Assembly (NCBI GenBank): GCA_043228905.1
Contig: JBHGNT010000009.1
Span: forward strand, 11,656,001 to 11,720,000
Direction: 5' to 3'
Length of the DNA: 64,000 nt
DNA from: Azolla caroliniana
Taxonomy: Eukaryota > Plantae > Polypodiophyta
A program made the position numbers and the translations under genes. The notes beneath the pieces are model-generated. The model worked only from the letters and a program-made list of their open reading frames with translations, made no database searches and was not told the origin of the DNA. Below are positions 1 through 13,814 of the stretch, piece by piece (positions within the stretch are counted from its first letter, which is position 1; the number at the start of each line of letters is the position of its first letter).

Positions 1-1856
1 AGCACTTCAAGGAAGTTGTCCCAAAGGATGTGTTGTGTTTTAGCCATTGAAGAGGATGTGATTACAATGTTATGACTAGAGAAGTAACGGAAAAAGAAAG
101 GCACAAATAAACAAGAAAGTGGTAGGACTTACATCTTTTGGTAATATATGCCTTTGTAAATATGAGTAAGGTAGAACCATACGAGGGTCATGTACCTCCT
201 ATTGTTAGTGCCTCTCCACACACAACTATAAGAATCATCTCCCAACCAGAGAACGAATAAATGTGATCCAATGTATGGTCATGGGCATAACACAAGAATG
301 GCATCCCAAACAAGGTTGCTAGGAATCAAAAGTAAATTCTCGATGACCAATGCTGACTATATAATTGAAATGAGGATTTGGGATTCAATTAAAAGGATTT
401 GGTAACCCCTTTAGACTAGACATCACAATAATACATATTAGAACCAATGACGCTCAGTAAAATGAATCTTGATGGCAATATGAATGAACAACATCATCAT
501 TGAGGAGAAGGATTACATAGGGGTGTTCGAAAGTGGCATTAGGTTGACACATGTAACCATATTTTTTCACTAGATCACTACAATCTTCACAATTGAAAAA
601 ATGGTTAGGTTGGAATTGCGAACCTTCAAGAGAGTTGAGAACTCTATGAACAAATGTTTGGATCATTGTGAGATAAGTCGAAATTCTAAAACAATTAAGC
701 TCAATAAAGGTTTTATATGAATGGTCACAATAATTTAGTGGAGGGTTCCTTTAGTTTCTATTGGGCTATTGAAGTGAAGTTACCCTAGGTTGCCCATCCT
801 TTGTGATTGGCATATAGACAAGACCATGGGGATTATAGTTAGATTCTTTGGATAATCCTCATAGAACCGAGGTTTAAAGCTCTTTGTTATACTTTGGTTT
901 GTTTATTTTTTTTGAGGGTGGATGTATGAAGTGATCAAATCCAAATTCTATTTCCCCATTTTTTAGTGATTACATATTTTAATAATCAATAAAACCCTCC
1001 ACTTGCGTCAAGGATCAATGCATGTCTTCATCCTTCTGTTGGTGAGAGGGGGGCCACGAAGCATACCCATCCAGGAGGCACCGTTGACATCATGATGCAC
1101 ACGTAATACCATATAATAATTTCTTTTATCATTGCATGTGGCAAACCATCCAAACAAACAAAGAAACATGCTCTATGCATTCGATTTATTGAATGAATTG
1201 TTGGGGGAGGGGGGGTCCATTGGATGAATGGAATTTATGAGTGGTCAAACATTGTATGCATGTGTGTTTATTTGATGACTTTTCCCCTTTTCTTTTTGGT
1301 AGGGGGTAGACATTTCCTTGGCAAACTATAACAATCTCCATGTTTATTCAAGCTTTTCCAATTGTATCAATGGAGATACAATAATCCAAGATGGTGTGGG
1401 GAAACCATAGTCTCCATAACCTCTTCTACAATTGAATGAATGATATGGTTGAAAGAACTATGTAACCTGTAATCCAATCCAAGTCTTTGATTTCCTTTGG
1501 ACACAGTGGGCATAAGGTATTTGGACACAATCACATCTCTTCTATCTAATAAGCTCTTGAAATCATCGACAACAATGCGTATCCATCAACCGATATAGAT
1601 ATATGTACATAGATATATATTTAAGAGTTATGAGATTATGTGTAGTAAGTAAGTAAACCAACGGTGGCGAGCGTCATATTGTCTGTCTGTCTGTCTGTCT
1701 GTCGTCTAATGCAGAAGCTCTGCAGGATGGAAATCGGAATCAGAAATAGAGCTATGTGTATGTATGGGTCAGGTGTGTGACCACCAAAGCCTAACAAGAA
1801 GAACCTAATTCGCCTAACATAAAAAAAAAAAAAAAACAAACTTGGTGGGTGTTATT

Positions 1857-3044
1857 ATGAAACAATGGAAGACTGCTCTCATAGCAGCCTCGCCTGCCTT
1901 TCTCCTTCTTCTCCTCCTCCTTGTGATTCTGGCTATGGTGTTTTGCCATTCAAGAAAGTTGTTCCTCCACGGCCGTGGAAATAATGATATGGGCAATCGT
2001 GGCGGCTATAGGAACCATGGCAACGGGGGTGTTAACTGTATAAACGTAGGGATGAAGAAGAAGAAGAAGAAGAAGAAGATTAAGAAACCCTTTGTTTGGA
2101 GTGAGAATCCAACCCTAATAGTGGAAGCCGTAGAGAGAGGATGGTTTGCTTTTGCATTCACATACCATAACCCATCATCATCATCATCACCATCAATAAT
2201 ATGGCCTCTCTCTCAAAGCACCTCACGTGGTTCCCTTCGTCATCAACAATATAAGGATAAGACGAAGGAGGAGGAGGAGGAGGAGGAGGATGGGTCTGAA
2301 CCTGAGATTTCGTGGGAGGTAGTTTGTGGGGAAGGTGGTGTGTCTTCTTCAAGTGTCCAGTATATGCAGAGGCTATGGTTGAACCCTTGTGTTGCTCAAG
2401 TGGCTACTGCTGCTTCTGGTAGATTATTATTGCAGGTCCTCCAAGCCTCTCTACCTCTCCCTGGTCCTCCCTCCTTGGGATCTGCTTCTGCCTCTGCTTC
2501 CTTCCCTCAACAAGCTTACTTCGAGGTCACCATTATTGTAGCGCCACCGCGAAATCGAGAACTGCCCCCGCCCCATGAACCCCATGAACCCCATGAACCC
2601 CAACCCCAAGCTTTGCACCAAACCCCGGAACAACCTGTACCGCCTCTGTCTCAACAATGGATCCTACTACTCAACCATCATCATCATGATGTCGTGTCAA
2701 CAAGGCTCATTGAGAGTGGAAGTGCTAAACTTAATGAGATGCATGAAAGAAGCAGGGAATCACGCACTAGCCAAGACATGGGCGGCGGGGTCATGCAAAT
2801 CCTCCCTAACAACAACAACAACAACAACATCAATGCCGTCACCACCATCAATAATCATAGTTCTTCTAGAAAGTTCCCTGTTAAGGATGCCATCTCTCAT
2901 GTAGATGGTCCCACCCAAATTCTGGCCATTGGATTGGCCCCTGTCGGGTTCCCACCCTCAAGATTGCCGGGGTCTGATCCTGGCTCGGTTGGAATCCACT
3001 CCAATGGATTTGTCTACTTGAGCGGTGAGCTTCACATACACATC

Positions 3045-3117
<73 letters not shown>

Positions 3118-3663
3118 TCATACACATACACATCATACACATACACAGCTATGATGCCTATGTATATGTTGGGTGATGCTTTCATGTTTTTTAAGTTATT
3201 CCATGTGTTTCTTGTAGGTGCACCGAAGCTCCCGGCTATAAAGCCTTTGTGGAATGTTGTCAACACCACCATAGGATGTGGGTTTGATCCCACATCCAAG
3301 AATGTAATCTTCACCTTGAATGGAGAACTTGTCCATGAATTCAATGCTCTAGGCACCGAGTTCGGACATCCTCTCTTTCCGACCGTGGCTGCAAATTATG
3401 ATGTTACTTTGCTAGTGAACTTTGGGCAATGCTCATTTGCTTATGCACATGCAAACAGCCATAGGATCCCAGACCCAGGATTCCGCCAGAGATCCGCAAA
3501 GAATGTTTTTATGATCGAGGATTCTGGTGATCTCTTCTCGATGGGAAGGATAGATTCGCGGTGGTTTGAAGTCAGATTCCCGAGTATGGGTGGTGGTTCA
3601 CGCCCATTGGACGCTGAATCAGATCTTTTTGAGATAGTGTTGGATAATTCTCGACGACGTTGA
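1857..3663 (+). CDS. Membrane-anchored SPRY/B30.2-domain protein, 2 exons (1857-3024, 3218-3663), about 537 aa
   Basis: ATG at 1857. N-terminal hydrophobic helix (AFLLLLLLLVILAMVFC). SPRY-like motifs AYFEVTI, LAIGLA...RLPG...SVGIHSNG, TIGCGFDP...FTLNGE, LFPTVAAN...VNFGQ. A phase-1 intron (G|GTGAGC at 3025 to TTGTAG| at 3217) joins ORFs 1842-3176 and 3025-3663 in frame. Confidence 0.88.
3033..3146. repeat. (CACATA)n microsatellite inside the SPRY gene intron
   Basis: Directly visible hexamer run. It explains the HIHIHI and YTYTYT tracts in the ORF track. Confidence 0.95.
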
Positions 3664-4499
3664 ATTTTTTTGGTTCCTCAATACATATTGGGGACGTGGA
3701 ATAGCTCCACCAGGAAACAGTCAAAGTTGAAACAAGTGGTCTAAAAAGATAATAACAGAATTGTGGCTATATGTGGGAAGGAAAAGACATATAATTATAA
3801 AATTGCTTTGTAAGAAGATACAAAGTTAGTCTGTGAAATGGTGAAAAAGCTCAGATCATCCTTGTTCATCGAGAATGCAACCTTCAACCTCTTCGTTTTT
3901 ATGGTCAGCAATCAAGACTTAACAATACCTTCTCATTGCTTTCACGGAAAAAGGTTTCCTTTCTCGTTTGGTCATGTGAAGAAATTCGTTCATCTAATTG
4001 AGGACAGCGACTGTTTTTGGGTTAGATGAAGTATGAAATCAATCTCACATGTTTCATGTATCAGATCTAGAACTCATCTCATCTCAATATCTTAATGTCG
4101 CTTTGCTATATATCATCTGTATAACTTGGTAATGTTGTTTTCCTGTATATGATTCATATAACTTGGTGATGTTTCAGTTCATCTGCAATTCTGCAATGGA
4201 TCTTGGTATAACATATTTCTTGCCCTCATTTATCTGTGCAATTAAGTTACAACTTACACGTATGCTATATATGGTTGAATCCATGTCCGGAAAACAAGCT
4301 CAATGCCCATAGACATTTACAGATAGCCTTATCGATGCTATAAAACTAAATGTTCTTTACAAAAAAAAATGTTATGCGTATTTTTCTTCTGCACTTGTAC
4401 ACTCGATAGAATGAGACTATTAATTCAGGGAAAAACTATCAATTGTTTAGAGTTATGGCAAAAGTATTACCTAGTTGCCCAAGACCTAAAAAGATCTTA

Positions 4500-4729
4500 C
4501 ACCACTATGACAAGAAAGAAAACAAACAATGACAATATCACAATAGCAATAGTGCACAAATTTGATCCATGGTTGGGAGCTCAAAAAGTTCTTTTACGTG
4601 CATAAACAACACCACTATGTCAAGAAAGAAAACAAACAATGACTATCACAATAGCAATAGAACAATAGCAATAGTGCACAAATTTGATCCATGGTTGGGA
4701 GCTCAAAAAGTTCTTTTACATGCATAAAC
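4500..4729. repeat. Two-copy tandem duplication, unit about 110-120 bp
   Basis: accactatg..caagaaagaaaacaaacaatgac...tttgatccatggttgggagctcaaaaagttctttta..gcataaaca occurs twice in succession. Confidence 0.9.
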
Positions 4730-7700
4730 AGAGGCAATTACCTCTACACGCCACACATGTAGATTCCATAGACACATGTCTTGTGTAGGCATCTAAATCT
4801 CGATCATCTAGGCATGTATTGTGACCTCTGAACCACAATTTGAAATCGACTCTTCAATCGATTCAACAATCCAAGATTATATGATTAGCGATTACGAATT
4901 TGGTTGTTTATCATCATCATGGAATCCTCAATTCAACAATTCCTTGATTTCCATAATCTCACATTGATGTTTGAATCTAGTAGAGGAGAGAACCTTTGTT
5001 AGAGCATCCATGCTTTATTTTATTTTATTTGTGCCTTCAATAGTGTAATTAAGCTCTTCTCTATGAATCTAGTATGAGCTAATGTTACACCTTTATGTGA
5101 TTCACCTTTTGTGAAAGATTGAATTCCATATCACATTTTTACAATTGTTGTTAGAGAGTTGTTTTTTGGATGCGTAGTTCCATGTCATTGACCAAGTGAA
5201 AGAATCACAATACTTCCTTGCGTGTGTCACTTGTCGTGATGTACCCTACTTCCATCATGAAAACCATTATGCACTCTTGGTGTGATATCCACGATACATT
5301 GTCTTATGCAAACTTGAAAACATATCTTAATATGGACATCATGTTGTCCACACAATCGATGTTGCCCATGTCCGAACTTTATTGCCTCATTTGCTCCATA
5401 GATTACGCCTTGGTTCATTATACTAACGTATCTCATGAAGCCTTTCATTGCTCTGCAATGTCTACATTGGTTTCGTTAGTGATATTGAGATCCAGGAAGT
5501 CCTCCTTGCTGGCTCTTACATATTGGCGCACTTAGAGGTCTGAACTTGCTCATATGGAGATGCTAGTGTATCTTGCTAATATATCTTCATTAAATAGGCA
5601 AATTGTTGATTCTTGATGTCTCAAGCGGTTTGCATACCAAAGATGCAAAGTTTTGATGCCTTTATTGATGTTCCCATGATCAAAATGTGATCAACATACA
5701 AGATGAGTAGGATTGTATGTTGTCGTTCAAACATCTTTTTATGTATAGAAATGAATTATCGTTGCTATGTCAAAATTGCTCCAATTGTTTATAAATAAGC
5801 CAAACTTTTGGTACTATTGTTTGGGATTGCTTTATAGACCATAAACCATCTACTCCTTACTCAGTTCGGCAAACCCAACCAGTTTCTCCATAAATGCCTC
5901 TTCCCTAAGGTCTCTATGAAGGGCGTGGTCTTCACATACATCTTCTGAAGCTCTACATGGTTGTGTCCATATTTAAAATATTATCCCACATAGAGATTGC
6001 AAATTTGGAAGTCCATCCATGTGAATCAAGAAGGGGCTTCATGCCTTGCTCGCGCTCCTCGACACGTTCGATTCTGCATGCTTCGACCATTCCGGTCGGC
6101 ATGTTTGCTCATGTGGCCCTTCTCAGCTCCCTTGATGTCACGGTGTTGGTGCTCTTTCACTGCCCTTTCCTCCGCTTGGCCCTCAATCAATTCGTAATGT
6201 CTAAATCGAACATTTCGATTGAATTGGTCACTTCCGATTCAATTCCACTTTCGCCCGAATTGGCTGTCTCCAATTCGTCTTCTGTTTTCAGGCCCTTGAC
6301 AACATCAGTCCACCTCTTGGTCTTGGCCTTTATGCCCTTCTTGGCTGTATTTCCTCTTTGTTCGGCCGTCTTCGGCTCTTCCTTGCGATTATGGTCCCTA
6401 TTTTCTTCTTCCGCTTCTTTAGTCGGCCTGAAATCGAATTCTTCATCCGTCTCAGCATCGTGGTCACTACCGCTCCTTCCATGCTCCTGTTCCTGTCTCC
6501 CCCTCAAGTTCGGCATGTCGAGGTGACGCAAACCCAGCTCACCCGAGAAATGCCGCAACTTGTCGAGACCAAGGGGCTTGGTGAAGATGTTGGCAATCTG
6601 CCGACCTGTCAGAACATACGCTAGTTTGACTTCACCAGAAAGGACACACTCGTGGACAAAATGGGAGTGCACCACAACGTGCTTGGTCCGGGCATGGAAT
6701 ACAGGGTTTTTCGCAAGGTGGATTTTGTTGAGGTTGCTGCAATAGATCATCGTAAGATCGGATACCTCCACATACAAATCCCATAATAGCCGTTTCAGCC
6801 AAATGACTTCGCATGTAGCAACAGTCACCCCTCGATATTCGGCCTCCGTGCTCGACAACGCCACTGTCGGCTGCTTCTTACTGCTCCATGCGATCGCTGC
6901 ACTTCCCAATGAGAATGCGTATCTGGATGTGGATCTACGATCATGGGCATTTCCGACCCAATCGGCATCCGTGTAGCCAACTAACTGTTTGGCTACGCCT
7001 GTACGATACAACAACGCCATGTCTGTTGTGCTGCTAACATATCGTAATATCCTTTGCGCGCACTGAAGGTGTTCGGTTGTGGGCTGCAACATAAATTGAC
7101 TGATCATTCCGACTGGGTAGCTGAGATCCGGCCGAGTAATCATCAAGTAAATTAGGCTTCCGACAATCTATCGGAACCGTGTCGGGTCGCACGCCTTACC
7201 CGAATCTCGGCAAAGCTTTATGTTTCTATCCAGAGGGGTCGAGATGGGCTTACAATCTTCCATCTCGAACTTAAAGAGCATATTCAGCGTGTAGTAACGA
7301 TGGCTAATCAATATGCCTTTGGGGGTGCGGATCACTTCGATCCCAGGGAAGTAATGGATAACGCCTTCTTCAATCGGCAGACTGCCGAAGTGTTCTGTTC
7401 GGATAGAAATATGGGGGATTGTACCATGTACACATGTTCCTCAAGATCGCCTTGCAGGAACGCATTTTTTACATCCATCTGATGTAAGTGCCACCCCTTC
7501 ACCGTTGCTACGACTAGTAGAACGCACACCGTGGTCATCTTCGCGACCAGCCCGAACGTCTCGTCGTAATCTACGACGTGCTTCTGCACGTAGCCTTTCG
7601 CAACCAAATGGGCCTTATATCGGTTGACCGAGCCCTCGGTGTTGTATTTCACCTTAAACACCCATCTGCATCCGATCGACTTTACACCTTTAGGTGCGTA

Positions 7701-8084
7701 AAGTAGGTCCCAAGTCTCGTTGTCCGTTAAAGCGCACATCTCTTCCTCCATCGTGGCATGCCAATTCGCGTCTTTCGCCGCTTCTGCGTAGCTCTCCGGC
7801 TCATGCACTTCCGCCACTCGTGTCATGTATTCATTGTACCTGTATCTTTTTTCGGGGTTCTTTAGGCGGGTATATCAGCGTAATTCGTGATTACCCGATT
7901 TCATGACCTTTCCGGCCAATTTCGAACCTCCTCGAAGGGCCCGAAGTCAAATTTGCTTCGATCTAACTTGGCACTGCCGAAATCGTATTCCGACATTTTC
8001 TTCTTCCCTTGTTGTTTACACGTAAACTGTCTCCTCGGTCCTTTACGGGAGGACAACACGACCGAGTCTCCACTACTCGCCGGC

Positions 8085-8516
8085 TGTCATGATATGGCAA
8101 GACTCGAACCCATGACCTTATGCTACATGGGTCGAGCTCTTGACCATTAGACCATACATTGTAATACGTAGAATATTATTTTCAATTATGTTTTACTATA
8201 GAAAATTGATGTATATTCCAAATTTCTCTCGAACATTCTAGAAACTTTAGGAGTACTCCTGAGAACACTATAAAAGGAGGCACAAGGCATTATTTCGAAC
8301 CAAATCGGTTCAACGCCAGTCTTAAGCCTCCTAGCTACTATTGTATACTCTCTTCACATAATATATATCTTTTATCATCATTCTCTCACCCTTTCTCTGT
8401 CTCTGTCTCTCTCTCTTGCTCACTCTTTCCTTCTCTCGTGAGTTCTACACCTCTCTTAGTACTAATCCTCATCTTTTAGTACTAATTCCTTCTCTATCTT
8501 AGTATTGATCCTTACA
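8085..8516 (+). repeat. 5' LTR of the chromovirus (TATAAAA at 8269-8275)
   Basis: tgtcatgatatggcaagactc...gatccttaca; direct repeat of 13393-13814. Confidence 0.93.
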
Positions 8517-8768
8517 ATTTGAACCGATTTTCCGTCCTCCTTCCGTCTCCTCCTTTCCTCCTCTTCCTTTTATCTTCTTACATATCCCCTTTTTCCGGTC
8601 TTCTTTTCGGTTTCCCTCATCTTCTTACCCCTTTCTTCCTTTTATACTAATCCTCTTATCCTCCCTAGTAAAATAGAAACTATTTGCGCTCAGGAATACC
8701 AATCTGTTTTCTCAGAGCTCCAATGCTTAAAGGAGAAATTTATAGCACTAGAACAAGAAAATCACCGT

Positions 8769-9821
8769 TTGTTGGGGGATCTTCAACAAAAGGCATTGGA
8801 AAAACAACAACAACATGGGGAGCTGACGTTACGTGTGCAACAACTCGAAGCAACCATCGTAGCAATGCAACAACAAGGACCTGGATCACAAGGGATTCAT
8901 AAAGAACCCAAGATCGGCCTTCCCATGAAATTCGATGGAACGCGATCGCAATTTAGAGGGTTCCTTAATCAGGTACGACTAGTTATTCAAATGCATCCTT
9001 CCCGATATCCCACCGATGCATCACGAGTGGGTTTAGTAGGCACGTTGTTAAGTGGCTCAACGTTGGCATGGTTCGCTCCGCTGTTAGAAAAAGAATCTCC
9101 ATTACTAAACAATTTTGAAGAATTTATAAGTGAGTTTAAAGCCTATTTTGGAGATACTAATAGCATAAGGACAACAATCAACAAAATCCGACGACTACGT
9201 CAAGGCGTTCATCTAGCCTCCGCATACGCTGCAGATTTTCTTCTACTCGCCTCCGATATCCCCTAGGATGATCAAGCATTAATGGAGCAATTTCGTTATG
9301 GTCTACGTAATGATGTCAAAGATTTAATCTTGAACTTTCCCGAAGAACCAAAGTCATTAACAAAAGCAATCAGTCGCGCAGTGAGATGCAACAATCGCCT
9401 CTTTGAACGGCGTTTGGAACGTTAGTTCCAGATGCCAAGAGCAAGATCTAAGCCTACCTACGCCTCAGTGGTAGCGAAACCTTTTCTAAGGGAGTCATAT
9501 AATGCGCCTCCAGTAAGTACTCCAACTCCGATGGAAATTGACACCACACGTCGGTGTGGACCGCTATCGGAAGAAGAAAAGCAACGACGCCGAGCAAACC
9601 GACTATGTCTTTATTGCGGTGGACCAAGGCATATCGCGGTAAACTATCCCCATAGGCCAAGAAGGCAGGTAAACCAAATAGTTGCTAGTTCTGATTGTAC
9701 TAAACCCGAGTCTATTTCAGGAGGGATATCTGATAGTCCTAATAGTACTAATAGCCCAAATCTAGTGAACAAATTTGATGTCCTTAGTCAGTTAGAAGAA
9801 GAGTTAAACGACTACATCTAG
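8769..9821 (+). pseudogene. gag: Chromovirus gag with internal stops; true start codon uncertain
   Basis: PKIGLPMKFDGTRSQFRGFL, LLSGSTLAWF, PTPMEID and a degenerate zinc knuckle CLYCGGPRHIAVNY. ORFs 8769 and 9432 share a frame. Confidence 0.85.
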
Positions 9822-12800
9822 CCAAAATAGGAGCCGTTTGGTTGGACAACCCTAGATCTGTGCAACCCATTAGTGGTTCCATTCCCTCTAAGCAAGTTAG
9901 CAATGTGTTCGTAACCCAAGTAACAGTTAGTACTAAAAGTACCCCTCCAGTACATGTCTTAGCACTTCTAGATTCTGGAGCTAATTCTTGCTTCATGGAT
10001 AGGAACTTTGCCCAAGCTCAACAGATATCACTCAAAAAACTCCCGTGTCCAGCCTCTGTAGTAGTCATTGATGGTCGTCCCATTGCTTTCGGAAATATCA
10101 TAGAAGAGTCAGAGCCCGTTAATATTGTCCTAGATAATCTAGCATGTGTAGTATAATTTAATATAATTAGCATCCCAGAACACCCCATTGTTTTAGGATT
10201 ACCATGGTTCGAATTGCATAACCCAGACATAGATTTGAGAACAAGAGAAATCCGGTATTGAAAAGCCCAACGGTCTACTCATGAGATTGCAACCATTTCG
10301 CAACATCAGTTGCGGGAAGAAGGATGCAAGGAAGAAATGTTTCTCTTCGCGATATCAGTAAAGCCCTCAAACACCATTAAAGAGGAGTCCACCGTTCAAC
10401 TTCCAAAGAAGTATCATCATTATGCCGATGTGTTCGATAAAGTACAAGCCGATACGCTTCCTCACCATCGACCGTATGATTGCCCCATCGATTTACAACC
10501 GGGGAAAGAGCCACCATTGGGACCGATCTACAATTTGTCACCAACCAAGCTAGAAGTTCTGCGAGCCTATATAGAGAAGAATTTGGAAAATGGTTTCATT
10601 TGGCATTCGAAATCTCCAGCCGGCGCACCCATTTTCTTCATCAAGAAAAAGGATGGATCACTTTGTCTCGTTGTAGATTACTGTGGCTTGAATAAGGTTA
10701 CAATCAGAAATAGGTATGCACTTCCCCTTATCTCAACTCTTTTAGAACGGATCAATGGTGCCAGGTTCTTCATGAAGATCGACTTATGGGGAGCCTATAA
10801 CCTCGTACGGATCCGACCAGGAGATGAATGGAAGACCGCGTTTTGCACTAGATATGGGCACTTCGAGTATACAATCATGCCGTTCGGCCTCACTAATGCG
10901 CCACCAGTCTTCCAGCACATGGCAAATGATATATTCCGAGATCTCTTGGATGTTTGTTTGATTATCTATTTGGATGATTTACTGGTTTATTCGAAGACCC
11001 AAGAAGAGCATGATTCTCATGTATTGTTAGTACTAAAAGACTTCGAGAACATGGTCTTTATGCAAAGCTGGAAAAATGTAGTTTTGGGTGCAACTAGGTG
11101 GAATTTTTAGGTAATGTCATTTCCTCGGAAGGCATCTCCATGGACCCAGCTAAGGTCAAAACTGTAGTAGAGTGGCAGACTCCGTGTTCGGTGCGAGATG
11201 TGCAATGCTTTTTAGGCTTTGCCAATTTTTATTGGAAGTTCATACAGGATTACTCAAAGCTCGTGCTGCCTCTCACACAACTTACTAGGAAGGGACAATC
11301 GTTCGTTTGGTCTAAAGAAGCGGACATGGCTTTCGAGAGTCTTAAAAAGGCATTTACATCGGCTCCAATTCTAGCTCATGTTGATCCGGATAAACCATTC
11401 ATTATCGAAGCAGACACATTGGATTTCGCATTGGGGAGCATTCTGTCACAACGGGGTAATGATGAGAAGCTACATCCTGTGGCTTTTCACTCACGCAAGT
11501 TTGACACCGCCAAAATCAACTATGAAATTCATGATAAGGAGCTATTGGCAATAGTGGACTCTTTTATGCAATGGAGGCATTTTCTAGAGGGATCCTCTCA
11601 TCAAGTCACCGTATTCAGTGACCACAAAAACCTTGCCTACTTTCAGGACGCTCGTGTGTTAAATCAACGTCAAGCTCGGCGGGCCCACTTCCTCACGTGT
11701 TCCGACTTCAAAATTACATATCGTCTAGGGAAGCACCAAGGGAAGGCAGATGCATTATCACGGTGTTCGTACCTAGCACTGTGTCCTGGCGAGCCAACTT
11801 TTGATAACCAAAAGCAAGTAATCTTGGGACTGACACGACTGCAAGCAACACAGGTCTTTGGCATGCCCATGGATTCCCACGTTATCGATACTATACGTGA
11901 GGACTTGAAGACCGATGCTTTTGCCCAAGCCATTCTAGCACAAATTGATCCCTCTCGAGCATCTTGTTCACAGTCGCAACCACCAGGTACGGACTATCGA
12001 CAATTCAAATACCATGATGGATTACTATTCTTTAATGAACTCTTGTATGTTCCTAATGGTTCTTGCTGCCTTTGAGTAGTCCAAAACTGTCATGACACAT
12101 ATACAGCTGGGCATTTTGGTAGTACTAAAACATTAGATTTAGTACAACGATCATTTTGGTGGCCCCGTATGCGACAATTTGTCGAAGATTTTGTTCGGAC
12201 TTGTGATACATGCTGCAGAGCGAAAATGCCAAGGCATGATCCATATGGTTTATTAGAACCATTACCAATTCCAAGCCAGATGTGGCAATCCATTGCTCTA
12301 GACTTCATCACAGATCTTCCAGTCTCTAAGGGGTTCAATGCGATTCTAACAGTCGTAGATCGATATACGAAGATGGCTCATTTCTTGCCATGTACTAAGG
12401 AAATATCTAGTGAAGAAACCGCTGAAATTGTCATGCGTGAAGTATGTGAGCATCATGTCCTTCCCAATAATATCATTAGTGACCATGGACCCCAGTTCGT
12501 ATCGAAATTCTGGAAGCACCTTTTTAAAATGCTCAAGGTCACCTGCAACCTCTCCTCCGGCTACCACCCACAAATCGATGGCCAACCAGAACGAACAAAT
12601 CAAACGCTGGAGCAGTATCTTCAGTGCTTTCTAAGCTATCATCAGGATGACTGGGCAGATATTCTCCACTTCGCCGAATTTGCTTATAATAACTCTGTCC
12701 ACACATCGACTAAAGTTACGCCATTTTATGCTTATATGGGTTGTCATCCCCGGTGGTGTGTATTTGAAACCCTAGAGTTGTCCACAAATCCTTGCGCAGA

Positions 12801-13400
12801 GGATTGTTTAGAGCGGTTACACAAGATACAAGCCGATTTATCTACTCATCTCCAACAAGCTCAACAAACACACAAGGTTTACACGGATCGTCATCGACTT
12901 CCATCCAGTTTTAACATTGGAGATCGGGTATGGCTATACTACGACGACACATCAAGACTACTCGCCCATGCGAGAAGTTGGATTATCGGCGATTAGGTCC
13001 TTTCTGTATTATAGGAAAGATTAATGATGTCGCTTTTCGTCTTGATCTACCTCCGCAACTTCAGATACATCTGGTGTTTCAAAGTTCTCTCCTCGAACCC
13101 TATCAAGAGAGCACCATCCCAAGACGTATTACACAACCTCCACCCCCGATCGAGCTTGAAGATGGACTTGAGTACGAGGTTGCCCCCATCCTTGATTCCA
13201 AGATTATTCGCAACAAGCTCTACTATCTCGTTGATTGGCTAGGATATAGTCCTAGTGAGCGTACTTGGGAACCGATAGAGAATGTGACCAATGCTCGTGC
13301 TCTTCTTGAAGACTTCCATCGTCAATATCAAGACAAACCGGGTCCTCAATCCAAAACGACTCATGACACTCGTCATTTTAAAGGGGGGATAGTGTCATGA
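9806..13400 (+). pseudogene. pol: Chromovirus pol (PR-RT-RH-IN-chromodomain), disrupted
   Basis: ALLDSGA (protease), MPFGLTNAP and YLDD (RT), NYEIHDKELLAIV (RNase H), WQSIALDFIT (integrase), EYEVAPILDSKIIRNKLYYLVDWLGYSPSERTWEP (chromodomain). Confidence 0.92.
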
Positions 13401-13814
13401 TATGGCAAGACTCGAACCCAAAACCTTATGCTACATGGGTCGAGCTCTTGACCATTAGACCATACATTGTAATACGTAGAAATATTTTCATTTATTTTTA
13501 TTATTATAGAAAATTGATGTATATTCTAGATTTCTCTAGAACATTCTAGAAACTTTAGGAGTACTCTTGAGAACACTATAAAAGGAGGCACAAGGCATTA
13601 TTTCGAACCAAATTGGTTCAACGCCACTCTTAAGCCTCCTAGCTACTATTGTATACTCTCTTCACATAATATATATCTTTTATCATCATTCTCTCACCCT
13701 TTCTCTCTCTCTCTGGCTCACTCTTTCCTTCTCTCGAGAGTTCTACACCTCTCTTAGTCCTAATCCTCATCTTTTAGTACTAATTCCTTCTCTGTCTTAG
13801 TACTGATCCTGACA
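13393..13814 (+). repeat. 3' LTR of the chromovirus
   Basis: tgtcatgatatggcaagactc...gatcctgaca, preceded by the PPT. Confidence 0.93.

Larger units (their letters stand above)
8085..13814 (+). mobile_element. Full-length degenerate Ty3/gypsy chromovirus (Tcn1/Tf1-like)
   Basis: Two similar TG...CA LTRs (8085-8516 and 13393-13814). TSD CCGGC/ACGGC restores the host copia sequence. PPT AAAGGGGGGATAG precedes 13393. Domain order gag-PR-RT-RH-IN-chromodomain. Confidence 0.95.

Noticed and set aside
1-1000. Possible decayed retroelement (minus-strand LFGMPFL near 300) and ORF 454-666
   Set aside because: A single short motif with no supporting domains or termini.
3025-3176. His-Ile and Tyr-Thr repeat 'proteins' in ORFs 1842-3176, 3025-3663 and 2958-3356
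   Set aside because: They are translations of an intronic (CACATA)n microsatellite that is removed by a canonical GT-AG intron.
5218-5535. 105-aa ORF and its antisense partner
   Set aside because: No recognisable domain, splice context or repeat partner.
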